Below are positions 25,317-36,700 of a DNA stretch of 64,000 nt, piece after piece; positions within the stretch are counted from its first letter, which is position 1, and each line of letters opens with the position of its first letter. The translations under genes were made by a program, and so were the position numbers. Source of the stretch: Trichosphaerium sp. ATCC 40318. Its lineage: Eukaryota > Protista > Tubulinea. Below the pieces are notes generated by a model. The model was not told the origin of the DNA, did no database searches, and saw nothing but the letters and a program-made list of their open reading frames with translations. The stretch is taken from NCBI GenBank assembly GCA_038496445.1, contig JALMLS010000332.1:1-64000 (forward strand). Reading direction: 5' to 3'.

Positions 25317-26085
25317 AATCATTACTAGTAAATGTCATCGTTTGATGTGTTGTTGCTTGTCACAGTGCCACTTAAAATATTGACACTTGGTGCATCCGTA
25401 GCTTGTCACATTGTTGTCTACTGCAAGTGTAAAAAAACAAAATAATATAGATGTGAGCTACTCCGGATTACAGTGTCTTGATGTAGCACAGGTAGTTCTC
25501 TGTGAAAAGTGTTGCGAATGTATGAGTGAACTGGTGGCTGTAAGGCATAGTAATGTTTCACGTAAATAACAAGAGTTGTGATAGCAATACATAAGCAACA
25601 ATTTCATAGTTTTCTCATGCTCTTCTACAACTTTATTCATTAGTGTTTTAAGAACATTATTTTATCCACTGTTGGATGACAGAATCTTGCACAATGGCGG
25701 AAATGAAGCAAATTCATTGGAAATACCCTCACGGCTCGCAAAATTTTACCTTGTTTTTTCGCAGATTTTATTTGAAGGTACGCATAAGAGTCAATAAGCT
25801 TATCTACCAATGTATGAATTCACAAACTCGACGCGATTTTTTTTGGTGTGGGTACCCAACGCAAAAAAACGTGATATTACGCTTTGGTACGGTGTACAGA
25901 TACTACAATACACGTCGAAGGCCCTTCTAAATAAAACTGCAAAAAAAAACGTTTTGTTAACAAATATCACGCTAGTATGGCGCACTCTTTACACGAGATC
26001 CGAAGATAAAACAGCATTCTCAAAAATATTGGCGAGAATTCACGAGCCAGAAAGTTACCAAAATTGAAAATACACAACAACAGCA

Positions 26086-26685
26086 ATGACCAACCCACTA
26101 ACAGGCGCGCCAGCTGATTTTTTTAATGCAGATGGTATGCACAAAGACTGGCAACGATATAAAGACGAAATGTCATATCCTCGAGTGGAGCTTGGAGTTC
26201 CTCCACAACACGATCAGAAATAGGCACGTTTAACAAAATAATAAGAAACGACCCATTCTTTCATAAAGAAGATATTGAACACGTGGTTAGCGAGGTTGAG
26301 AAGATGGCAATAAATACTACATTCTCATATTCTTATTCAGGCCTGTACGTCATCTTACTTGCGTTAAAATTCCTTTCACTTATTTATACACTGTGCTAGA
26401 CCAGAACAGCCTCACTTCAAAACAGTTCGTGTTGTAAAATACCTAGACCCAAATGATGGTATGGTAGTATGTGACTATGCATGCGCTTCATTTGAGTTTG
26501 TAAAACAAGTTGAACAATCAAAACTGTCATCAAGTACAATGCTTTCTGTTGCACTTGGTGCTGTCGGATTTGGTGCCATTGCATTTACAGCTGCAGCTCC
26601 TCTTTCTATAATTGCGGTTAGTGCTGTTGTCGGTGGTGCAGCTGTAGGTGCAGCTGGGCGTATGTATTCCAAAAATAAAAAGTAA
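26086..26685 (+). CDS. Paralog of the 17712-18330 glycine-zipper protein, with a 1-nt frameshift near 26173
   Basis: MTNPLTGAPADFF...(frameshift)...IRNDPFFHKEDIEHVVSEVE; same intron position; identical hydrophobic tail. Confidence 0.75.
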
Positions 26686-27927
26686 GACTTGTTTGTCGTT
26701 CGTAGCTTCACATACTAATCTCCAAGGTAACAAAAAAATCAGTAGGATTTGCAGCTATCCTATCACATTATTGTTGACAATCGATAGAATGTTTAAACTA
26801 ACATATTGTCTGTTTCATTCAAGTTTTACTAATATTTTCTAGAAAGTGAGTTTTTAGCACTTTTAGCAGATCTAGCAAGATCTGACACTTCTGTCAAATG
26901 GTGTAGATCTATCACAATGTGAACTATTTGTGTTACATTTCATTGTATGACTTAGGTACCTTACGGTAAGTGATAGCAAAATTTTCAAAGTAAGTTTCAA
27001 CAGACCCACGGAAGATGATCGCAGCATTTTACCTACGCAAACTGTACACGGTACGATCAAACCACAGAAGTGTTCAATGCGCTAAAAGCGAATTAAAAAG
27101 GTATGATGTCCTACAAAGCTATCGCATTACCGCCAAACACGGTATGAATGCCTCAAACACTGTTTGCTTTATATTTTGCTTCAAAAAATCAGCGTGTGTA
27201 TAACTTACGCCTACCCCACGCTAACAACAGCGCTATGGCAGCATCCAAATAGCAAGGCAGTGTACTAACGTTAAAACCTCCCAAACGCTGTAGGCTTTGT
27301 AAACGCCGCTAGGCGTCAAATATGTAAATAAATTTTTTTGCTATGGGTTTGTTAAACCACGTGGGTTTGAAACGGTCGTATTTGCTAGACAAGTGAGGGT
27401 AGATCACATTTAAAAGTGAGCATGCACGACCTATCAGAAGTGTCAAATCCGTCAGATCTGACAGATGAGGCAGAAACTGGTTTTTTTTTGCTAAAAGTCA
27501 TTCTGTCTCAAAACTTGAATGAAACAGACAATACGCCCACAAAATCCCACACATACAACTTTGAAAGCGTTTGTGGGTTGTATTTAAAAAAACCAGCATT
27601 AGTAGTTCTCTGAGGCAGACAATCTGGTAATACTACGCACACAAAGTGCTGCGGGTACGTTTCTATGGCGTTATACGAGCACGCGACATATATCGCTTTT
27701 TTGCCGCTCAAGTAAACCAGGTTGGATTCTGCCTCTTGACAAGCAAAAATCAAATTTCCTTTCGTGGTCTAATAATCACGTGCTTGTAATAATTATTAAT
27801 TTTCCACTGAACAAGACGATTACTTTTCAATTAATCATTTGGTGCGTATTTAACAACTATCGATAAAGTTTATTGCTTGGATTTTTTGATCACGTTAGTT
27901 CCACATTTTTAATTCTAGTTTTGTGGC

Positions 27928-28143
27928 CTATTTATCGTGCTTGGCAGTATTAAGTTGTGTGTTGCTTTTACCAGACGTGCGGTGAGCCATTCGCGGTACT
28001 TGTGGTGGGGGTGGTCCTTCTTGAGGTTTAACCTCCTCGTTGCTCTTGGCAGCTTGTTCTTGACGTTTATTCTCGTATAACTTCTCATTCCGCTTGCCAG
28101 ATGTCCTGTTAGACATCTTTTTTATGAGCTTCCTTTCTGACAT
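27928..28143 (-). CDS. Small basic intronless protein (~71 aa) with internal MxxRTSGKxN repeat
   Basis: MSNRTSGKRN and MAHRTSGKSN separated by a PPPP linker. Confidence 0.55.
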   Translation of the reverse strand: MSERKLIKKMSNRTSGKRNEKLYENKRQEQAAKSNEEVKPQEGPPPPQVPRMAHRTSGKSNTQLNTAKHDK

Positions 28144-28398
28144 ATTACTGCAATGTTGTGTAGGTGGAAGGTGTTGCTGAGTTTTAAGAAGTGATTTGAC
28201 CGGGTAATTCAAAAAAATTATAAACCGAAATGGGCTTGGACAAAAACCATAAACCGAAAAAAGTTGGAATTGCTAAGGACCAAGTGGTGTGTATTTCCTT
28301 CCATACGTATGGAAGTATCCACAACATCAGCCTTATTTGTTCCTTTCGTGTGCAAAGTAAGTGCCGTACTGTTAGGCTAACTGAACTTGTGAGCTACA

Positions 28399-28469
28399 TA
28401 GAGGGTGGCAAATACCGGTCCGATTTCAAGATATCGGTTTTCGGTCCGGACTGGTATTTCTGCCATCTA
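28399..28469. mobile_element. Tiny foldback/MITE remnant with hAT-like termini
   Basis: TAGAGGGTGGCAAATACCGGTCCG ... CGGACTGGTATTTCTGCCATCTA form imperfect inverted ends. Confidence 0.4.
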
Positions 28470-28496
28470 GTTACACAATTTACGCTCCTACAAACC

Positions 28497-28666
28497 TAGA
28501 GGTGGTCTGCTTAATACTAGGCTTTGGACCTATGTATCGAACACTAACGAATTCAAAGCCATTGAGAGCATGTAAAACGTAAAAAAAAGCATGTGCCATG
28601 GTACAACATCAACAAAATCGCACATTTGTAACCGGCTTAGCCGGGACCGTACCAATACCACCTCTA
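28497..28666. mobile_element. Candidate 170-bp MITE
   Basis: Perfect 10-bp TIR TAGAGGTGGT/ACCACCTCTA; flanks TACAAACC and ACAAAGCC resemble a decayed target-site duplication. Confidence 0.45.
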
Positions 28667-28905
28667 ACAAAGCCGCTTTGTGGCAAAAGCCCTTATAGAT
28701 ACTTAAAAGTTTAAGTGGAAATCGACATACCTGGGCAATGCTGAGTGCTTTTAGGCTTGTAAGGATATGATCAGTGTACTGCTAAACAAACCAACACTAT
28801 CAACATACACCTCATATACGATGATAGATTTAGTCATGATCCCTGTTTTTTAGGAGAGAACTTCCTTTCAAGATATTGTGTTCCACAGTTTACACAAGAT
28901 TGCTT

Positions 28906-29388
28906 ATGAACAATACATTGTGCAAAACAAAACGAGAAGTAGAAGGTATAATGTCTATGAATGCAATGGAAGTCGAAGAACTAGCAGAACTAGTGTTTAG
29001 CTTCAGCGACTCTGCTACACAGTCATCGCTCGCTTGTAGTAACGTACGTAGTCAATTCCCAGCTTTTCGCTCTCAAGAACCTGAGTTTGGACCGATTAAG
29101 CCCTATTTTGGTTATATACACGTATACTTGCTCATGCGGTACAATCGGGATTCAGCTTATTGAATGAATTCTTTATTCAGAAGACTCTCAGAACACCTCA
29201 GCGTGCACCAAACATGTTTCTTGTTGCTTGGGAGGATGGCTGGAATGTCCCACAGTACAGGGTATGTATACTTGCTCATGCGGTGATTGCTTATTGAATA
29301 TCATAGGAAGAACATCTCAGTGCAATTAATCCATGGCGAGAAAAGTACGATAACAAAAAAAGGAAAACCGAACAAATTCTTGGAATTT
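28906..29388 (+). CDS. Short 3-exon segment with F-box-like N-terminus; may be the 5' part of the downstream oxygenase
   Basis: VEELAELVFSFSDSATQSSLACS; two phase-0 introns join in frame. Link to 29400 is broken at homopolymer runs. Confidence 0.4.
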
Positions 29389-29399
29389 GAAACATTTTT

Positions 29400-31505
29400 T
29401 TGATACTGCTATCACGTGAACTAATACTTGCTGTTTGTACCTGGTATACGAAACCTGTTTCCTCATTTAAATTATATAAAAATGAGATTCTATTAACTAG
29501 TGATGATGGTACTCTAGTGCATATTCTTCATCGTGGTGATGGCAGTGGTGGTTTTAATAATATCTTAAAGTTGTGGTCTTCTGAAGAGGGCAAAGACTGC
29601 TTACGTATGAGATACTGTGAAGTACCTACTGCAAGTATATTCTATGATAAGCTTGGTGACAAAGCGCCTAAAACGTTTAAGTTTGAAGTACAACTCAGTT
29701 GGCAATAGTACGTCAGCAATGGGTTAAACAAACGCTAATTACCAAAATAGTTTTTCAAAAAATTATGAGCAGTTTGTGCCTTTATCTCCACGTTCAAGTC
29801 CATTGAAAAGATCATTAATTGATGAAATTAATGTCATGTTCTATTTTGAGAAAAGCCTATTCCTATCAGAGAAATGTCTCACAGATGAGCTGGTATGATT
29901 TGTATTTTGCCTTTTTTTTTGTTCATAATGCTGATTGCCTTAAGACTCGCTATAAGAAGCTCAAAAATGACCCTGAAGATAAATTTGTTTTTGATGAACA
30001 TAATCAACGTTTCATCACAGTAGTAGATGTCAAATCTTCCTTAGCGTTGATTGAGGCTTTCAAAGAATCCGTTAAAAAAAGCAGTTCTAAAGTATGTAGT
30101 GGTACACTCTCTAAAACAGAGGCTGCTCTTTCGTTGAGAGTGGGAGAAACCGATATTACTTTCCCAGTATCTCTGAAGGATGTGAAAGTACTTCAATCAG
30201 TAGCCATACCTGCTACTTTCGGTAAAGGTACGCAATGGTTCAGAAGATTACAGACTATTTTTATAGTTTTATGTAGGGTCTTCTGAAGTACTTGACTTGG
30301 AGTATCGTAATGCTAGTCACATAGTTGAAGACAAGTTTAAGCTTAACCTAAACACATCAGCTGTTGCGCGAAAGGTAAGGATGTTATAATCTATTGAAGG
30401 AGACTAATTATTCAGGTGGGCGAAATGGCGCCAGAGTTTGAAAATATCAAAGCGAAGCTATGTAAAATCAACATGTACGGACACGGAGGTTTCTTCAATA
30501 CACACCAAGATGCACCTAGAGGTAAGCAATATTACGCAAGAGCGTACTCTAATATCAAGTACAGATGATACAATGTTTGGAACTCTTGTCGTATGCCTTC
30601 CGAGCGAGTTCACGGTACTTTTTTTTTGGAAGTGTTGTACTTTGTTTTTTGTTAAACAGTACTAGGGAGGTGACTTTGAACTGTTTGATGAGACTCTAGA
30701 AAACCCAACCAAACTAAAATGGCCTGAATCTAGTGGAAAAGAAGGGCTACTACAGTGGGTAGCGTTCTTTAGTGACGTCCACCACAAGATATCAAAAGTA
30801 GAAAGTGGTAATCGTATTACAGTAACATACGAGCTTTATGGAACTCAAACTAGCTTTGTACCAAAGTCAGCAATTACTGCTTGCCCTTTATACAAGTCTC
30901 TTCAATCTATTAGACTAGCCAAGAACATATTCTCAAATGTACACTTTACAACATCGATTAGGGTGCTAAAACCAACTTTCTATTTTAGGGTGGCAGTTTT
31001 GGTTTTGTGCTTGTTCATCAGTACACTGCATCAACGTTGAATGGTGGTCCAAAGTGCTTAAGAGGTACATTAATACTATAGAGCACATCTGATAATGGTT
31101 TATCTGTTAGGTATTGATTCGCTTATCTACAACGTCTTGAAGGTTTGCAATCTCGAGCCAACACTCAAGCGTATAACAACGCTTTCAGAAAATAAAACTT
31201 GTTGGTTTGAAGATAAAGAAAGCTCTAAAAAATTTCCTGTAGCAGTTGTACCACCTAGAGAAGACGATATAGAACCATACATGTGTTTAGAAACCAACGA
31301 AGAGTTTGTCAAGGATTCAGAGTACGGATTGGGCATGAGCGTGTGCAATAGAGTATGGTTGAACGATGTGACCGAAAAAAACAAACTCATAGCTGCTTTT
31401 GGACCTATGATTTATAGTAACTTTCCTTTTGAACTCAAGCAATTCTATGTGTATGCTGCTATTTCATTTAAAATCCAGCCATATCACGTGCGCATGAACA
31501 TATAA
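29400..31505 (+). CDS. 2OG-Fe(II) oxygenase superfamily protein (prolyl-4-hydroxylase-like fold); start uncertain
   Basis: PATFGKG...LDLEYRNA, KINMYGHGGFFNTHQD (HxD), MFGTLVVCLPSEFTGG, WVAFFSDVHHKISKVESGNRITVTYEL. Confidence 0.9.
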
Positions 31506-31554
31506 AATGGTAGCAACAGTGCCATCATATGAGAAACTAAAATATATTTTATTA

Positions 31555-32070
31555 TTAATTGCAATTGTGTTTTATTAGTAAAGCCGATATGTTAATGGTT
31601 TTTCTTCCAGCTCTTGCATCTGTTTTGTACTTTACTATCTTGTATCCATTGTCAAGAAGTTCTTTGAGATAATCAAGTTGGTTTGGATCAAAAACATCTT
31701 GTACAATTGCAACTGAGTGTTTGTAAGTGGTAGGCTTATCACCCAACATATACTGTCTCAGTACACTGTCGTTCAAACCAAAGAAATGAAATTCATCCTT
31801 CAACTTATTTAACAATGTCAAACTCACCTCCTGAGGCGATAGATGAATAGTGCTAGTACGCATAAAGGCTAACACATACTTGAAAAGATCACCATCCCTG
31901 TCAATAAAGTATTCATTGTTCTGTTTATCACGTTTGTTGTTTTGTAGCAAAGTGTTAAAGAAGTTTGGCTTTCTGCTCGAAGATATTAGAGTTTCTGCAG
32001 TTGTTTTGTACAATACACCTCCTACATTAAGGGTGATAACGGTAGGATCTTTTAGTACATTCCTATCCAT
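31555..32070 (-). CDS. KCTD-type BTB/POZ (T1) domain protein, intronless
   Basis: VITLNVGGVLYKTTAETL...YFIDRDGDLFKYVLAFMR...EFHFFGL. Confidence 0.95.
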   Translation of the reverse strand: MDRNVLKDPTVITLNVGGVLYKTTAETLISSSRKPNFFNTLLQNNKRDKQNNEYFIDRDGDLFKYVLAFMRTSTIHLSPQEVSLTLLNKLKDEFHFFGLNDSVLRQYMLGDKPTTYKHSVAIVQDVFDPNQLDYLKELLDNGYKIVKYKTDARAGRKTINISALLIKHNCN

Positions 32071-32467
32071 ACCACGTGCGTTAATACTAATTTTCTCTCA
32101 GAGACTTTGTGGCTTAAGGCACTATTTTGACTTATATCTTTAACTTATAAGAAATCAAGCCAGAGCAAACAACTTACCCTTGTTTCCGTGTATATTTTTC
32201 TATCAACCTAGCCTGTTTTTGGTACTTTTCGTAGCCGAGTCGCCATTGTTCTATCTCTAGTTCCTGCGATTGGAACTGTAGTGTTAAGTTACACGTTCAA
32301 CATACCTTAACGCTTAATTTAACGTTTAACTGTGCGCACCTCCTCGCAACTGAAGAGATACCTTGAATTTCAAAAACACGCAGGACGTACGTGATCTGAG
32401 ACAACATAGTGCCTCTTTTGTAAACTCAGATAGTTAACGGATTCTAGTACAGCGGCCACTGTGAACA

Positions 32468-33430
32468 ATGGGGTTTAAAGTAAATGGCTATTACATTAAT
32501 GGCAAGGAGGTTCATCGAGAAGACGGATTTTACGCGTATACAGAAGGAACATTCGTAATAAACAACGTCATAGTATTCTCTCTTCGTTTTGTATCAAACA
32601 GCGGCGTTGGACATAAATTTGGGACATTTCCGACTAGTGATGCAGCAATGGATGCGCTACGTAGTATAGATAGATCTCAAATACCTCATGGATCCATTAT
32701 ACGCATTGAGAACATGGTTTGTACTTTTTTTTTGTCTTATCAGGATTTTTTTTGGATGTTTTTTTTGGCTTATCTTCTTCCTCAAGGTCTACCATCATTA
32801 CGGTATATTCGACCGAGACGAAAGAGAAGTGATTGAATATACTGGTGATGCAACAACCGGTATCATGTGGATTGGTTCTAAGGGCTCAAAAGCCAATGTA
32901 CAAGCTAGTTCAATGGATACTTGGTTGTGCAAATCATTGACAATAGTGGTTGTCCCTGAGCCTGATACTAAGTTGAAACCAAATGAAGTCGTTGAAAGAG
33001 CTAGAAACCAGATTGGAAATGATAAATCTTATCACCTCATTTACAACAATTGCGAGCACTTTGCGTATGAGATGAAGACTGGAATATCAAAAAGTAGTCA
33101 GGTATGTTCAAGAACAAACAAGAAAAATGTTCCAAGTTCTTTTTTTAGGTGAAGAAAAAGGCCAAAAAGGCAAAGAAAATCGCTGTCATCTCTACAAGTG
33201 CTGGCGCTGGTGTTGGTCTGTTGGGCACCAGTGCGGGTGGTGTTAGAATTGTGTTAGGACTAGATTCTGTTTCTGCATTAGTTCCTGCATCACCAACTCT
33301 TGCTGCAGCGCTACCATTGCTAGCTCCCATGGGAGTAGGACTGTTAGCAATGGGAGCAGCTGGTGTTGTATTAGGTGTCGGAGCATATTTGATAGCACGA
33401 CACGCTATCAACAGTCAGACAGACGAGTAG
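32468..33430 (+). CDS. LRAT/PLAAT-like (permuted NlpC/P60) acyltransferase/phospholipase with Gly-rich hydrophobic C-terminus
   Basis: YHHYGIF, YHLIYNNCEHFAYEMKTG.S.S.QV; tail AGAGVGLLG...GVGLLAMGAAGVVLGVGAYLIA. Confidence 0.9.
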
Positions 33431-33784
33431 GGTTTGTTCTTTTTTTGCAATAAAACAGTAAGCGTTAGTGCAGGTTTTTAAGCTCAATTGCACGTGTAGT
33501 AGTAACTCGTTTTATAAAACACTTGTTGTAGGTACTGACAAACTTCGATTGTAGACTATGTTCTTTTCACAGGATGAAATAAAAAGATTTATGTACAAAG
33601 TATTTTACAATTTTTTTAAGGGGTTTTACAGTCACTTGATTGGCTTGTAATAGTATATTTCAATAAACACCATTATCCTTTTACAAGAACATAAAACCAG
33701 TCGTGTCTCCGACTAGTTCCTTTTGAGTGGGGAAGGAACCAGAGAGTTGAACAAAAAAGACTTCGTGATTTTTTTGTTTTTGTT

Positions 33785-36700
33785 TTAGTATATGTACTGC
33801 TCCTGTCTTTCCATTTCGAACCTCGTCTTTAGTTTCTTCGCAACATCTGTGAATGTACGTTCTACACCAGTACCAGCGGTAGCAGATGTCTCCATATAAA
33901 CCCATCGATGTCTTTGTGCTAGAGCTGACGCTTCTTCATAGTCAACTCTTCTGTTATGATGAAGATCAATTTTGTTTCCGACCAAAATCTTTACAGCATT
34001 CAACTCAACATTCTCAGCAACTTTTGTCATCCATTTCTCAGCCTATGTAGTCATGTTATTAGTACTTAGTATACACAGATAGGTACGTACATTTTGGAAA
34101 GATTGAGGAGCTGTTACATCAAAAACAACTAATACAGCATTTGTATTGCGATAGAAAGGGCTGGTGATTGCATCAAAGCGTTCTTGACCTAAAGGAAGTT
34201 TAAGTAAAATTATTATAACACTTCTTCGATTTTACGTACCACACGTATCCCATACCCTCATTGCGATAGTAGCATTATCAACTTCCATAACCTTTTCTTT
34301 CTAAACAAGCCATAAGCACAAGTTTTTTGAAGCTTTAACAAAATTTCCTTACATAATCAAGCCCAACGGTAGCAGTTGTCGCAACTGCTGCACCCTCAGT
34401 ATGACGAAGAATAAGCGTTGTCTTTCCTACATTCGCATCACCAAGAAGGAGAACCCTATGGAGGAGATTAGGACGTAATCGAAAGAGGCTGAGTTGACAA
34501 AAAAGTACGTACTTGCAAGGTAAGTCGCCATAGTCTGAACCAGCTTCAGAGTCGTTTTGAACTGATAGTGGCTTCTTTGGGTACTTTTTCTTTTTGAAAA
34601 GAGTAGCACAAAACGATTTAGTACGTTCGTGGTTGTGTAGCTTTTTGAATGCAAAATCAACTTCTTGAGCTTCGCCAGTATACTGTGGTGAATTCCTGAA
34701 AAGACATTAGACAAAACCAATTGAAAAAAGGAAAAAAAAAGAGGAAGAAAAAACCGCTATCGACACGCTCTGTATTGAGGGTGATGTATAGAGGTTAGGT
34801 GTAGGTTATTTGCGTTGGGTTGGATACGTACTTTGAGTGATCTTTGAACCTACTCTTTGACAACTTCTTTTTCATTCTTGACCTCTTTGGAGAAGATAAT
34901 TGTTTTCTTCCTTTATCAACATCTCCTTTTTTTGTTGCCTCTACTTTTTTTCTTTTTGATGCCTTTTCTGGTTTCTTCTTACTCTGTCCTTTAGGTAATA
35001 CTAGAGCTGATAGTGATCTCTTTATCTTTTCAGAACTAGAAGAGCTCTCTCTAACGTGTTTAACTGAGTCACCGCTTGTCTTCTTATGATGCTTCTTACT
35101 CTTCTTGCTCTTAGTTTTAGTTGACTTGTTTGATCTACCAGAAGATGTCTCGTCTGTAACAACTGTATCAGATCTATTAGCAGCATGACGCGGTCTTAGT
35201 TCCCGATTCAAAGTTCCAACCAGGCAGTTACTATTCTAAAAAAGAAAGGAATAAGTCACAATTCAAAAAGTCAGAATCAAAAGAAAAAATCTGTTGGCAA
35301 CTTACTTCAGACTCGAGGCTTTCAATGATAGCGATATCATTGAATTTTCTCGCTAGATCCAACGAATTATTACCATCAGCGTCGTACGAGTCAACAGCTG
35401 CCTTTTCTCTAAAAATAGAATTAGAAATGAAAAAAAAACACTGTGATTGTTTTTATTTCTAGCACGTGATGAAATAAACAAATTTCAAAGAAAACGTACC
35501 CTAGCAGAAGGTCGACAACTTCTGCTTCGCCTGCCGCCACTGCAACGTGAAGTGGTGTTACACCAAAGGAGTTTTTAACGTTAACGTCAACTCCTTTTTC
35601 TGAGATCAAGAATTGACATACTTCAGGGAACCCAAAGGCTGCAGCCCAGTGAAGTAATGAATACCTGAAATAGTGTTAGCCAATAACAAAGGCAAGTTAG
35701 AGCGTACTCTTGGCGAACAGCTTTGAAATCGATGTGACCTCCAAATCTTTTGTAGTAGTTCAAGAGTTGAGGTTCTGTGACTTGCGGATGGTTGTCTGTT
35801 TGTGAGTTGTATAAACCAGGTTGTAGTCCAGCTTGATGAAAGTATTCAGGTGGCTGATGAACAGGATCGTAAGCAACAGAACTCATTTGCATCATTTGTT
35901 GGAGAATCCATAAATCTTCAAAAAAAGTTAGGAACGGAACTTCCGCAATCAAAATAACGTACTAAGGCTGTAAACAAATTTCTGAGGGTTGCCACTATCT
36001 ACACCATCAATGATTACGTCAACTTCGATATTTGTTTTATTTGGCATGAGCCATTCGCTTCCCTTTGGCAGTAGGTTAGAACCGTTTCTTCACGCGATTG
36101 TATGCATACCAAAGCTTCCACAAGTGGTGGGATTTGTACTTCACGATACACTGGGTTTTCTGAAGGTAACAGCTCACATCTGCATCTACCGAAATGTACA
36201 AGTTGAGAACGTGCCGGGATGTTCTCGCCTAATGAAAAATTACGATAACAAGAACATAGTAAAAGATTAGTTCGTACCCAAGAGACAAGCGGTAGATAAT
36301 GGTGGATCAGAAGGACTACTGACTTCAACGCTTGGTGGTACTATCTTTAAGAAAACACTTTGTTTGTTGGTGGTAGTATAAGTCTGTTCAACACCGCCAT
36401 TATCAGTTCTTCTCCTTTTTCTAACAGAATAAGCAGCATTTGATCTCTTATTTCCAGAATCGAACTGAAATTTCAAGTATTCATGTCCTAGAGTGATTAC
36501 ATCAGCACATTGAGGTAATAGGAGAAAATGTAAATCCGTAACGTCTTTTACGGCAAAGTCAGCAACTTTTGTTTATACCTATTAAAAGTGGTCCGTTTAC
36601 TCCTCGCTTGAACAAGCGTACAGTTAGAGTAGTTTTTGAGTTACTCACGAAATGGGACGTGAAGCGACTTGGTCTTAACTTGAATTGTAGTTTAGCTTTG

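Noticed and set aside
25320-25720. Possible ankyrin/MYND-like relic on the minus strand
   Set aside because: Only fragmentary resemblance, with multiple stops.
34427-34531. Independent Rab gene starting MATYLA at 34531
   Set aside because: That ATG splices out of frame with the G1 exon.
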